Below, piece by piece: positions 25,263-38,579 of a stretch of DNA of 64,000 nucleotides. This DNA comes from Takakia lepidozioides (Eukaryota; Plantae; Bryophyta). Below the pieces are notes generated by a model, which saw only the letters and a list, made by a program, of their open reading frames with translations, had not been told where the DNA came from and did no database searches. How positions within the stretch are numbered: the first letter of the stretch is position 1; every line of letters starts with the position of its first letter. The stretch is from the NCBI GenBank assembly GCA_030704615.1, contig CM060731.1, positions 64,542,001 through 64,606,000 of the forward strand, in the 5' to 3' direction. Position numbers and translations under genes: made by a program.

Positions 25263-28200
25263 TCAATCAAACTTGCTTTGCAGAAGTCTCAGTACAAACC
25301 CAGCTTCTGGGCCTCCTAGAAAAACAAGTGGGGCGTAAAAAGACAGAATTCCAAAAGCACTTCCCAAACCAACTGAGACAAATTCTGCTGTCCACATAGA
25401 AAACCATTCTGTAAGCAGCACAAGTGACTGGCCATACACAACCCTTGTCATGGCTGCAGAATATGCCCCACAACCGGCCAGCAACAGCACTGGCTTTTTC
25501 CACTGCATTCGCAATCCTGAAAGAAACGGCAACACAAGAAAGGCCAAGTTGATGAACCGCCTTAAGCATGGAAAGCATTATGCACGTCTCTTTTCTTGAA
25601 AGCCAACTTGGTTTCGAGCAAGTCTGCTAGCAACCCTGCTAGGACATGGGGTGTAAAATGAGGCGAAAGGGGTCCCTGCATGCAGTACAATAGCTCTTGA
25701 AGAACATTTTATCATGATGCCTTGAATGTGCCCTTGGATAAGGGGGAAAAAGCTACCTCCAAGTCTGGTTGAGAGTTGCAACAGAAGGGCAACTGCTGAG
25801 GCAATATTCACAACCATTGTTGCCAACACCTGCTTTTGGCAAACCACTACATCAGTCCTAAAATGTACAATGTAATTCATCTTCCAGTCTGCACATAAGC
25901 TAAACAAAAGCATCCAGCATACTAGGATCAGATATGACAGAAAAACACACTCAGCGTTTCATTTCCAGCAAACCTTGGCAATTCTATGTTCAAAACCTTG
26001 CTGCACCCAAAATAGTGTCCCTTATTTCAGTCGAGTTAGGTGTGAGTTCCCAAGCACTCTCCTTGAGCCAACCAAACACTCTATTGCTGTCCTAAAAATG
26101 ACAATTGGGTGTGCATTTTATAGCAAGTGAGAACTAAAGACATGAGGCATCAAAGCAGATTTACACCAGCTCATTGGCAACCTACCGAGGCTTTTCGAGA
26201 CCGGCAGGGCTGTTGTACCACTGACCCTTTCTAGCTACTAGACAGAGAATTGTGACCATAGTATAAAAAGAGGTTGGCATACCAGGCCTGGTGCACCAAA
26301 GCCAGCACAGCGAACCAGCAGCCAGTCCATTATAGCATTAGTGCCAATGGCAGCCATGCTGATATGAAAAGGTGGCCGGCCATCGCCTAGAGCATAGAAC
26401 ACCCGCACCAACACATCCCGTGCAAGGTAGAACGTGGATCCTAGAGCATCTACGGTTACACATTTTCATCTTAGATCTTGTGCATGACAAAAGCCAAGCA
26501 CGCCCACGAGTCCTCCATTTGCAATAAGGTTAGATAGCTACAATGCATTGATCACTTCCATGGCAAAAGAAAATGCTCAAGCAACCTGGATTTATATTCG
26601 AGATTTTGACAAAGCATTGATAGCACACACAATTCAAATAGTCTTGAGAATAGTGGCATAAGCTGCAAGAGCGTAAGAACTTACAGTAAATTAGGACAGA
26701 AGAAACTAAACCAGACGCACGAGCATCGAATGCATGACGCTGGAATACAACACGAACAACTGGCTCTGCTAATGGCACCATAACTGCTGTCAGTGGTAGT
26801 GTCACTGCCTGTCAAAAATCATGAGGATGATCACATCAGAAATCCAGTGGGAGGCAATAAACACACCTCCACATCAACATTAGCCTCCATTAACAATGTT
26901 TACCATTCATTCATCTATTTGGACTTCACCTTGGCACCATGTAATCCCTACGTAAAAGATGTGAAGGAGTCGAATGAACCCAGTTACCATGGACAAAAGA
27001 AGTCCTTGTTGCACAAGCTCTTGGAGCGCAGGCCATTGAGAAGGCTGCCATAAACACATGTTGCTGTCAACCCTTTCGCTTGATTGCGCACTTAGCAACC
27101 GCTCTGTCCATGTTGACTAGAGCCGCTTTCAAAAGCATCTCTTCTAAGACTCCTGATGGATGCTCTAGGACTACAATGTAATCCTTAAAATAAAGTCAAT
27201 CAGGTACATTTGTTCTTTATCACTATTCAGCGTGATAAAGATGGCTCAAGACACAGACCCTTCAGAAATAATAGCACATCTATGGCTGTTTCAAACATAC
27301 TAGTGGTAGACAAACTATAGGAACAAATCATACCTGTGATACACGTGAAAACATGGGCAGCAGCGGTAGTAGGATGGAGCTGGAGAGAATCCCCAAGGGC
27401 GCCATTACTAACAGGTTTGCATCTGCCCGAACACACCCGGCGAGGATCATTTCTAATCTGGAAACCACATCAAAATTTGCACTACTTTGTTGACTCCTTG
27501 CAGGAGAAGACTACACATCAGTGCCAAAACCAGTTTTACCTGTTGTACCTTCCCCAAGTAATACCTCCTTTAATTGTATCATAAGTTTCTGGATGAAATT
27601 AGATCTCTATTTACAACGAGGAGCCATTACACGACTAGCTGCTTGTTTGAAACTACGTCTCTGGATACAGTCTGCAGAAAATCAACTCAAGGAATCCTCC
27701 AAGAGAGGGCTGTTGGTAGCATCATGGTGGCAGAAAATGCCCAAGAAAGGAACTACTTACATCCAAGGGCAGCAGCAGCACCAGGAATGAAGGAAGCAAA
27801 ATAGAGATCTGTGTAGGTGGCAATTTGTAGCATGCCGGATCCCACCGCTGCTGGCACCATCACTGCCATGACCTGCCAACGTTTGCTTTCCCTTCAATTT
27901 CTTTCTGAACAATCTACTGAAGGTACCCTTGGTGGACCTCATCTACTATCAAGTAGTGGGGTTACATGATGTCTATGGCCAGGAGTTAGTTTACTACAAA
28001 GTGGGAGTCAAACTGTAATCGTGGTCAATTTCAAAATATAATCATCGTATCGACAGTCGTTACCTCAAGCAGCAGCTTTCAAAAAACAAATGTCATGACG
28101 ACGTCCTCTTTGGTAACTTGGATTGTAATGCAATCACTGCCAAAAGATGTTTGTTGTTGGAGGTGGCTGAACCAGCTGTGACTACTACAGAGGGTGGAAG

Positions 28201-31200
28201 AGGTCCATTCTTTGTGGGGGTATGAATGTAGCGACATCCCTGTCACCTCTAAATTGCAGAAATACATGATTATATGGGATTGGAGGTTAGAGGAAAATTG
28301 AGCTGACCTCACCCACACCTTCATCTTGAAAGGGATTGGCCCATCTGATCCGCAATAGACCAGATCCTGCTTGGCGCTGTGCCATTGCCTAATTTCCTCC
28401 CCATCCCCATGTGAGTAGTCTGTGTATTGGGGTCAGTCCTTTCTGAAGAGTTTCCAGCGACACACTACTTGCCTGATCTCATTCCTTATGCTAATGAATT
28501 GACAGGATAATATCAAACTCTCTCGCCTGAATGTCTTCAAGTGGTTAACTCAAAATTCGCTCCAAGTGCCCAGAATGGGTTGCTTAACGCAGAGAATGTC
28601 ATGCAAGATCTTTTAGGTAGCACAAAGATGCCTTCATGTCTGCAGGGTATCTTTCATCCCATTTGGATTCATGGCCATTCAGGCAGGTAAAGAACCTCAC
28701 AAAGCACTCTCCAATGGCCAAAGATCTTATTGGAGCCCCAATAGATTGCTTCAGAGCCAAAACGGTGACTAGGAGAGTACAGCCAATAGCATTCTTCCTG
28801 TGAGTAGGGGCTACACCTGAACCCACCACTGCAAAAAAGCTCCTGCTGTTGCTCCAACTGCAATAGTGGTGCCTCCTGCCCATTAAAATCACCCACCTTC
28901 AGCTTACAGCATACAGTAACTGCAGTACCGATGACTTCTACTGATAAAAACATAATTTTTGCTCGAAGTAAGGTGATTCTCTCCTAGTTAATATTCTAGA
29001 CATGCAGGAAATTTACACAATGCATTCCTAGAAAGACACACCACCACCATCTCAGGTGAATCGACCTGTATAGTATAGCAGTCCTTCCCCCTACCGTTTC
29101 CCTGCAGGGCATTTCTATTTTCTTCTTTCTTTTACCTTGATGATGTTCTCTCTTTTTCCAATGATTTTATTCTTGAGCTTTGTTTGCTATACATTACTCT
29201 CTTTGGTCGTTTGTGGACGTCGTAGTTCTCTCTGGTCCTCCTGTGGATGTAACTGTTGAAATAACCATCTGCTTTGTGTTACAAATGGTCTCTTGCAAAT
29301 GCTGGCACTGTGACAACATGCATCTGGCTTCCCCATTGGGCCAGTATTTGCACACATGGGGCTTACCAATGCCCAAGGGGATCACAACTCAATCCACTCT
29401 ATGAAGGTGTCTTTAAAACATAATAGGCAGAGAAAAATACCAGCCATGAAGTTTTGAGAGGCAGAAGCACTCGAGCCAAACCGCACCATATGTACTGCAA
29501 GCTGCAATCAATCCTCCATGCTAAGCATTACAGACCTCATATTTACCTCCATATGCAAGTTGCTGGAATTGGGGATATTGACAGTTTGTGAGTGTCTATC
29601 AAATCTGCAACAACTACACAATACAACCATAGAAACTCCAACAGAATGTGAAGTAGGGTGGCCATTCTGGGGTAGAGAGCAAGCCTCTTACCGCGGCAAG
29701 GACGGCAATGCTCGACAAAGCTGGGCTCAGTGAAGGGACTCCATATATACCATTAGCACTGCATCCATACATTCTCCATCAAGACTTGGTACAATCACAG
29801 GAGAACGTGAATTAAAAGACCAGAGATAAGGGGAAATAGTAAGTGCACTCACCTGAGGCTTCCAAAACCGATGCCAATGAGGGCTGCAAGCATCACACAT
29901 GGTGCCATGACTTTCAGCTGCATTCAACAGAACAGTTTGGGCAACACAATCAAGTTAGAAGAGTGACTATAATATATACGTGTCCATAAGAGAAACACTT
30001 ATACCCTGCTGCCTAGAGTTACTACTGCAAGAGGAACTGTAATTTGGATAATCCAGCGTATAAGAAGGTACCTGTAGGATGGCAATTTGTCTTGAGAGAA
30101 CTCCATCAGCCACTGTTGAGACTAAGAGCCTGGCCTACATCATGCTTCGCATGCCATGTTAGCTTGGAACAAATAGCTCAATCCAACTATGCTATGGAGG
30201 GGTGTGCTTGAGAAAGAAAGAAAAAAAAAAGTTTACATGGGAGAATCAGAGAAAAACATCAACTCAGACAACCACCACCCTTTCAATTCAGCTTTTAGTG
30301 AGAAGTTTAACATTGGACAAGCAAATGGAGTCAACGAGGAGCATACCCAGGGGCCAGAGAATCTAGGAGAGGAGCAGCCATCACAATGATCCCAATGCTC
30401 AAGCCTGCACACACCTGTTCAAGTTGGGAACACATGAGGTAACCTGTTCTAAGGTGGTTTTGTCAATCACCTCCTTCTTTGGCTTGGGTTTTTCTTCTTC
30501 ATCAGAATCATCTTCTTCCAGTCTCTTTGGAATCCTTGTTTCTGCTTTGGTGAAATCCTAGTTCCAACTTCTTTGCAGTGGTCACTGCCTCAGCCAAGTT
30601 GTTGTTGGGCATGACTGTAACTATGGTTACATACTCAGCAAGGAGTCCATTTATGAACCATGACTTCTGTAAGTCATCCGCTGGTGCTTGGGGTAGTTTT
30701 CTGATCAGAGTCTTCATTCTCTCAGGTAGTGAACTACCAATTCTTTCTTCATCTGTCTCAGATTCTGTAATCTTGAGGAAGACATTTTTTGGTGCTTGAA
30801 CCTCACTAAGTCCATTTGAGGACACCCTATACTATTAAAAAAAGAGGGCACAATTTTACTCTTCCCCTATGCAGCAAGGAAAGATGCAAAAGACACTTCA
30901 GACATTGGCAGTTTGAAATGCTCAACTTGAAACTAATAGATGAATCAAACTAAACCAGCCTATAAGAGCAGGAACCAGCCAAACTGACAGACAATCGTAA
31001 GTACAATCCAAGCTCGAGAGAGCCAACAGATCATTACCAAGCCAGCAATTGTGGACACACTTTCCACCAGCCTTTGCCCCTCCTCTTTAGGACGCTTACT
31101 GCATTACATAAAAAAAGGTCAACATGAAGAGCACCAATACTTCATAGCAAGCTGCTGACTGCATTGAGGCATCTAGCAACATTTATCACCCTAGAGTATA

Positions 31201-33261
31201 TGTTAGGCACCACATGCACCTCAGAACCGCCTACCATGAGACAGGCCAGGAAGTTAAGTGTATTGCAGTGTCCTCATTTGAACTTCCAGGTACATATACC
31301 TTCAGCATGTTGGCATGTACACTCACTACCAGCTACATCTCAATGAGCATCATTTAATGATACCTTAGAGCAGCAGCCATTGCTGAATGAAATGGCCCAT
31401 TGATTCCTGCACCATCAATGCATGAAAGCAAGTCCATCGTTATTACTCACAAAATTGGAATGCATGACCAAAACCAACAGTATCAGGATCGGCAAATTTG
31501 CGAAATGATTGTAACCAGGATTTTAAAAACCATTTCCTCCAGATATACTTCTGAATTTGTACCGTTGCAGACACTTACCACCTAGCATTGCAAGGAAGAA
31601 TCCTGGAATGATTGAAGCGTAGCTGCAAATCACACACTGAAGTGAGAAGACATTACAAATGCCATACAAGTAACATGTGATGACGCAGGTCTTTGAATGT
31701 TGTGTTGCAACTCCAGGTCATATGGTGAACAGAAAGTGAGAAATGTTGACATTTCCCACTTCCTATCTATTTGCATGAGAAACTCCGAGCAAAGTTCGCA
31801 GTTTCTGACCTGCTCTCTCTTGAAAAAAATTGCAGACGAAAAATCTAGAACTGAATTGGTACATGAAGACAAACGGAGGGTCTGCAGGATATTATACAGC
31901 CCATTTCTTCTTCTCTCGTGTAGTTCTGTTTTGGCTTCATATAAGAGGTATTAAATTTGTTTTTTAATTCTATCGCTCTCACGGTACAATGATACAGTCA
32001 TATCCACACTCAAATAATGTGTTAGGAAACGCATTCACATCATCAACATCATCTCAAGTGTAGCAGAATTCTCAGCAGATTTACTTGAAGGCATTGACAA
32101 CTGGACCAACTCCAAAAACCGCTGCTAAGGCAGTCTCTCGCGCCACTCCCTGCAATAACAGCATCTGACCTCAGTGAAATGTACAGATTCTGGATGCAGA
32201 ACGTCATGATCCCACACACGTTTTGTATAGCATTGTAACTAATGCAAATGCTGATAGTATCTTAAAGGCACATGGGTCTAGACATCTAACAGTGCCCAGA
32301 ACCACAGTATTATCATAAGGGTGCAACCAAAGAAAGCATGAATACACTGACCATCAATTTGCTGACCGTTGTCGCTGCCCCAATTGCGCCAGCGACTTCT
32401 AATAAACGCTCTGTCCCTCAAACCCCCTTGCAGAAGACTATTCAGCAAACTTTCTCCAACTGTCATTCTGCGTGTTCAGTGGCATGCAGAGCTGATATAA
32501 CGTCCACACGGGCCGAGGGCCTGGGACAAAGTAGAGAAAGAAGAAAAACCCCACCAACAGAACTGGAATTTTTCTTAATTTCTTTCTCTGTTCTTTAGTT
32601 TCTGTGGTCCTAGAATTTTCCTTGTCCCCCCTTGAACCTGAATAGAGGTCATAGACATCTTAGTGACATTCTTTCTCCCGCCTCCCCCATAGTGTATATA
32701 AATAGAGTCCAGCAGTGTTCGAGTCACCTGTGGGTTTCGAACATCTGAATATCAGCCCGTAAATCCAACACTCAATTCTACAGAAAACTACACCCGCATC
32801 CAGACTCCATCTCCGTACAGTTCCAGATTCAACTTGAAAGTGAATCTTGGCAAGTGAGCTCAAAATGCTAATTCCCTTCGAGCCCTGTCATAACTTCGAC
32901 TACTCTCACTTATACCAAAAGAGAACTTCTTCGAAAAATATATGAGGAGTCCTCCTAGAACGGAGTAACTGACAATATCGACCCTAGGTCAATCCCACGC
33001 AAACAGTTTAGAGACCCCAGAATACACAAAGAGTTACATGTCTATACCTCTCTTCGCAGGCTGGGGAGGCGTCATAGCGAACACTTGCAAGGATCTGGGG
33101 CCCGGCTTTGCCAAGATGGACACCCATTTGCGCTCCATACTCTGACTTTTCAATCTGCAGCAGGACTTCAAGCCTCCCACCAAGTCAGCGCAAGGAGCAG
33201 ACAGGGCCTTGGGTATGGCCTCTACCTGCGCACACAGCAGAGCACCAGTGCAGCCTGCCAT
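25263..33261 (-). CDS. murJ: Lipid II flippase MurJ (MviN), cyanobacterial type, putative plastid-targeted; 20 exons, ~606 aa
   Basis: Exons (minus): 33261-33048, 32410-32352, 32149-32085, 31622-31579, 31406-31364, 31098-31038, 30414-30347, 30129-30072, 29917-29853, 29758-29692, 29501-29441, 28875-28817, 28388-28308, 27872-27761, 27422-27334, 27044-26988, 26808-26685, 26449-26283, 25829-25757, 25516-25263. All are GT-AG and phase-compatible (1821 nt). Motifs: SKLMGVARETALAAVFGVG, LGGINGPFHSA, TDLYFASFIPGAAAALGYANLLVMAPLGILS, LAEPVVRVVFQRHAFD, RDVLVRVFYALGDGRPPF. Exon 1 and its linkage are least certain. Confidence 0.92.
30450..30830 (-). mobile_element. Gypsy gag fragment inside murJ intron 6
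   Basis: ERMKTLIRKLPQAPADDLQKSWFINGL aligns with the gag at 49919-50450 (EKMELMMKKLAAVPAPGLQKTWFVSGL). Confidence 0.75.
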
Positions 33262-33623
33262 GCCCGACTGCAAGAAGCTGCAAGATCATTTGGGTCACGG
33301 GAGAAAGTCTGTCTTGCTTCAACTCATTTTCAAATTCAAACGTACAGGCATTGCTCACTATCCCGTGAGCGCAAGCGTGAGCAAAGTGGTCCTCGGGGTC
33401 CTCACTGATCCTGCTCGCCTATAGGCCCTGTTACAGGTATAGGCTATGAACCTCTTCACGGAGATAGGAGCCATATGATATGCCAGTTACTTTTACCTTT
33501 CTCTAAAGATAACGAAAGAGGATCAAAGGGATCGCTGCCACCTGGCATGTATGGATGAATGTATGGGATGTCTAGAAATATCGTTCGTTGTGATGTCTTT
33601 TCACAAACTTTTGCGAGTCACGG

Positions 33624-33631
33624 TATAAAAG
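33624..33631 (+). promoter_or_regulatory. TATA box of F-box copy 2 (conserved in copy 1)
   Basis: TATAAAAG followed by a CT-rich leader. The same motif is inverted at 19314-19321. Confidence 0.55.
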
Positions 33632-33903
33632 CCCCGAGTCTGGTCGTCTTGTGTTTCTCTCTCGTGTTGTGAGGCGCTCTCTCGTCTCTTCCACTGTGCC
33701 TGCCTTAGCTGCCTTCTTCGTCCCACCAGCTCTTGCCTTTGCAAAGAAGATTTATATTCGCCTACAACTACTCTTGCCTTTACAATTGCATTGAGAGAAG
33801 ATTTATAGCCGCTTACAACAAGTATTCTCTACTTCTGCTTTATTTCTGCCTTCAAGTCTTCAAGTGTCAATAACTTGATCTAGTCAGTTTCCATTTGGTA
33901 CTG

Positions 33904-35290
33904 ATGGTGCTCGGCGGTACTGATGTTGGGCAACGGCCGGGGTCCGCTTCTGATGGGGCGCAGCGAAATGTCAAGCAACGCATTCACGGTGAGCCGCTTT
34001 CGATGAAGGCTCCTGCATCCCTGTGTCGACCGGCAGGGGCGATGGACGAGCAGTTGTGCAAGCGCTGGAGTGCTCTGCCCCTTGTCCAGGTTTTTTGGAG
34101 CTTTGCTCTAGCATCACTCAGCTTGAGGATGATATGGATTTCGCGAGGTATTTCATTGCTGTTGATTCTGGAACGATGTCAAATCTTATCAGAGGTATGA
34201 TCGTATAACTTGTAAGTGGCAATCTTGTGGCATGCCGTTCCTTGCCAATCACTTGGATTCCTTGATATTCGATAGTGTGCAGGAACGCGTTCACGAGTCA
34301 CCTTGGTGTGGCTGCAGATGGAGGTCTGCTTTGTGTTTTATCTGTAAGCGATGGATACCAGTGGCTGCTTTCCCCAGGCTATCTTCACTGTGTAACCCTT
34401 TGTTGAAGACCTGCAGACAACTGCCTGCCCTCAATATTTCACCAACTCTCCGAATGGGTTACGCTTTCATCGAATTGGTTGTGCATAAATTCACCAAGAC
34501 GTACAAGCTGATTGTGGTAGGCCCTTATAGGACGCTGGTGTACGACTCTGTCTCCAAATCTTGGAGGGAAACTGGAAACACACCAACAGCTTTTCCCAAG
34601 TGTAATTTTAGTACTGTGAGATGCGGCAATGTTCTGTATGGCCTGGCTTTTGAACCTGGAGTGAAGTTTGGCGGAGTATTGCTGGCATATGACATTGTGA
34701 GTGGTGTGTGGAGGAAGGTGCCCATTGGGATGCCAACTCCCAGGTTGAGATATTCAATCCTTGTGAAGACTGACGATCGCACACTGCTTGGGGGTGTTGG
34801 AATGGAGTTCCCCGTGGTATTGCTGGCATATGACATTGTGAGTGGTGTTTGGAGGAAGGTGCCTATACCGATGCCAAGTCTTACGCAAGCCTTGACTTTC
34901 AGACCATTTTCAGTCATTGTGGAGATCCACGCTCGCATACTGCTGGTTGGGGGTGTTGGGCCTTGGGACCCTCGAAGCCCCTTAGATATTTGGTTGTGGG
35001 AGTTGGACATCCCCACCCTGGGGTGGAAGTGGGTTACCAGAAGTCCTGACCACATGCGCGGTCATTTGTTTGCAGGTCTTGATGGTCATAACTACCTCGG
35101 TGTGTTGATCTGTTACTCACGAAACAGCCAGGTCAGCAGTCACCGACCCTAGCGTCTGATCTGATGATAGGATTATGGGGATGGGTTCAAGCCCTCCAAA
35201 ATAGCAGATTCAAAGACAGGCCTACAATGTCTAGTCTATCCATCAGTCTTAGTTTAGGCACGAAAGTATAGTTGAAATCTGCAATATGAC
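33904..35290 (+). pseudogene. F-box/kelch(FBA)-like pseudogene, copy 2 (inverted duplicate of copy 1)
   Basis: 33487-35390 is the reverse complement of ~17430-19465. The F-box core is deleted (DEQLC joined to KRWSAL) and there are several frameshifts. Confidence 0.88.
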
Positions 35291-36864
35291 TGACACTGAA
35301 TAGGAGAACACTGTCAAAACGTTTGGTCTGCATAGCAGAACTCAAGGTCTGTGAATAATTGCGCTAATGTAGAAAGGGCAGCTCATTTCAGACACTAGTC
35401 GGAAATGTATGTGCACCTTCAGAAAAGGGAAATGTAAAACCCATCTGTCCTTTGAACCCTCTAAGCGGAAGAGGGGTAGTTTCTGAGATCTCGTTCCTGC
35501 ATCTGTTTTCCTGTTTTACTCCTGGTTACTGGGCAGTGTCCCCTTTCTCGAGAGGTTATCCTCAATTTTACTACATTTGGCCTCTCTGGGGCCTTCTTGG
35601 ACCTAAGTTTAAAAAAAAACATTAAGCTGGTTATCAATGGTGTGAGTCCTGACAACTCCTGTAACAAGGAAACAAACAAAATTTCTTTTTTCAGTGCGCA
35701 AGAACCTTTATTTCACATGCAAGAAAGATCAACCAAGGAGCAACCAAGCTCCAAGTTCCAACTGTGTTGTTTGAGATGGTGTACAATTCTATGTTTCACT
35801 ACTTCGAACAATTTGGGAAACCCACCAAAGGTTCTGAGTCAATATGAGTCAGACTGAAGCGAAGTTTATACTACAGGAGAAAACAGGAGACAGTGAAAAA
35901 GAAAAAGTTTTGATTCTTTCAATGCAACATAGATGTAATCAAGGAGGAGTTTGGCTGTGTATGCGGAATGTGCATGTAAATTAGTTGCAGGACAATGAAT
36001 ACTTACTATGTCCGTTGGGGATGTTTATTTTATCACACTAGGTACAGCAAAGAGACAGATGTAGGCATGGAGTGTGACTGGGTTCCAGTGTCTGAAGCTG
36101 TGTTGTGGGGGCACACTGGGTTGGTCCGGACAATTCTCATTGACAATAACATGATACTTAGGTAATCTATGACTCAATTAGAAGCAGGTGGGATACATTA
36201 AAAGATCAAAGTAGGAAGGAAGTAGTGATAGGAGGTTGTTTTGGTAGGGAGGGGGCTCTGAGAGGAGGTGGTGTAGAGCAAAGGAAGCTGCAGAAGTAGT
36301 TTTGTTGACTGAGATTAGATTTGTCCTATGTGGGCTCGGTATGCTGTTGGTTGGTGCTGCAATTATGGGACCCAGTGCAGCCTGCAACTGAAGAAGAGGA
36401 CAGGAATGCTCATGAAAGTGCAGGAAAGAGAGAGTTTAGGCATATGGGAGACATCCAGTTTTTCAAGGGTAAGTCCTCCTTGTGTTCCACATCAAGACCT
36501 TTCATGTGGGCATATTGTCTCTTTTGAAGAGAAGCTAGAGACATAAAGAGAGTCATTAACAGTTAAGAGTGGCAAAAAGAACTACACTCAATAGGATCTC
36601 AGAAATATCTCATTAGACAGGAAAGGGTCCAAATGCTTGAAAGTCTCTGGATTGCACCAATTACAATATAGAATTGGAATATGTCTGTCTGGCAGGGGAT
36701 GTGCTTGCCACAGCAGTTGGTGGACGCCTTTACTGTGCAACTGCAGATGGGTAAGTCAGCCCATGAACTAATGTGTGCCATACTCTCTTTCTCTCTCTCT
36801 CTGACAATGTTTCTGAAAATGTTTCACAACGTCTGCAATTCAGTTCACCAACATTGAAAGTCTC

Positions 36865-37085
36865 TAGGCTGAGCCTGAAGCCCTTGCTGGGCACCTCACA
36901 CACGGCAGATTGATGCTTGTGTAAGGGGCTTTCTAGAGGATATCTGGAAAGCCCGAACTAATTGGTTCTACCATGCTAGCCCCTCACAAAGGTAGTGTCT
37001 GTTCCCTTCTGTTCCACCCAAACTGGCATGGGGTCTATGGCCACAAGGCTATGGCAAACAACCTCTTAAGTACATGGCTCTCTCT
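36865..37085 (+). mobile_element. Short 3' fragment of LINE family A
   Basis: gattgatgcttgtgtaagggg...atctggaaa...ggccacaaggctatggcaaacaac matches 44690-44865. (CT)n tracts lie nearby on both sides. Confidence 0.8.
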
Positions 37086-37814
37086 CAAAGAAGGCTTTAG
37101 CTGTGAGCATTGGATACATAACCGACCACTAAGGCATTACCTCTATCACAATGCGGTTGTCCAGGAATGGATGAACAACAGAGAAGTAGTTAGCAGCTTA
37201 TGAGGCACTTTGCCTTTGTACCCTGTTGGTGGCTCCAGTTGTTTTTGGGTTGCTATGGCTCTATAATTTGGTTAATAGTGGTTTTACTGTGTTGCTGTAC
37301 TGTGTCCCTTGGACTCTTTCTCTCATATATGATTTTACTATGTTTTCTCTGGTCCATGACTTAGGAAGGTCTTCAATTTGTCATAGGAATGAAGTCTTTT
37401 GAGTTTCTATGGCAGGATGCTACACATGTGGCTTCTTGCACCAAGTAGGGACAAAATGGTAGCTAGCAGTTTTAAGAAGATGGCATGTATCCAAGCCCAT
37501 GAGGGCATCTCAAACAGCTAGCAATCTTTTCCTTCTTAGAAGCACCTTTCATGAATTAGATGGACTTGTCAATAATTAAAGATTTTCGCCCAAGGTTACT
37601 GTGCAAATTAGGTCACTAAAAACTGAATTCTAAACCTCACCCATATTCTATAAAAGTTACAGTTTGTAGTAACATATATCTAAGCTGAAAACTAACCTGT
37701 GGAGCTGGAAAAACTGTACTAGTGAAAATGTGGGTCTATATCCTGTGTGTTCTGGCGCCCACTGAAGTAAGTGTGCAGGTTATCGATTACTTACATTGCA
37801 CATAAATCAAGCAA

Positions 37815-38475
37815 GTAAAGCTCAGGGTACCTCCTCAGCTGTGGCACCAAATAGAGAGCAACAGAGGAGCAGCACTATTTGATTCCGCTTCTCCGCGCTG
37901 GCATCTTTGCTCAAGGTCCTCAGTGTGCACAATCCCTCTTTGAACTCAACTTTTCTAGGCTGGAATTCAGTTATAGTGGGGATAATACGACCAGTGCCAC
38001 AGGCAGACAAAGGACACATGTTTTGAACCCGAGTAGTTGTAGACGGCTCTGGATGGAGAGTTCGTGTTACTAGGCTTTCCTGTGCCTGCGCTGGCAGCGC
38101 CTTGTGGACTGCAACCAGCACTGGAAACGAAATGTATCTGCAACATGACCAGCCCCTTTCCCATCCCTTGATACTGTTGAAGAGCGACCAAGAAAGGAGG
38201 AATCAGAAGAGCGGCGTATCCAGCTTGCACTCCACCATCTCCCTCCCCGACTTCCCGCACATGGAAGGATTTTTCAACGATTTTTAGGGTTTCCATGTAC
38301 AGACCACGAAATACAAAGCAGGGCTGGAATAGTAAAAGGGAAGTGGATGGCGAGCAAAGAAGGTTCGAGTATCAGAGGCTCAAGGCCGAGGCTCTCTTCC
38401 AGAAAAGATCTTGCTTACGAAATGTGAGCTCACTCCTTTTTTGGGGAAATTCGTAACGCAGGGCAAGGAACACGT
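37815..38475. repeat. ~650-bp direct segmental duplication (second copy 47445-48078)
   Basis: gtaaagctcagggtacct...gggaaattcgtaacgcagggcaagga is near-identical at both sites. Confidence 0.93.
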
Positions 38476-38579
38476 GCGGTGCTTCACTGGTTCATACCTT
38501 ACCCTACACGTCTCTCGTCCCTGCAAGCTCGGTGTTAGGATCACACGAACACATTAGAGAGGTTTTGTGGGTGGGCAAG

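Noticed and set aside
29080-29400. Integrase tail plus PPT remnant in murJ intron 11
   Set aside because: The similarity is too weak to support by eye.
25263-33261. Bacterial contamination or recent HGT as the source of murJ
   Set aside because: Nineteen spliceosomal introns, an N-terminal extension and plant TE/F-box neighbours indicate an old nuclear gene of endosymbiotic type.
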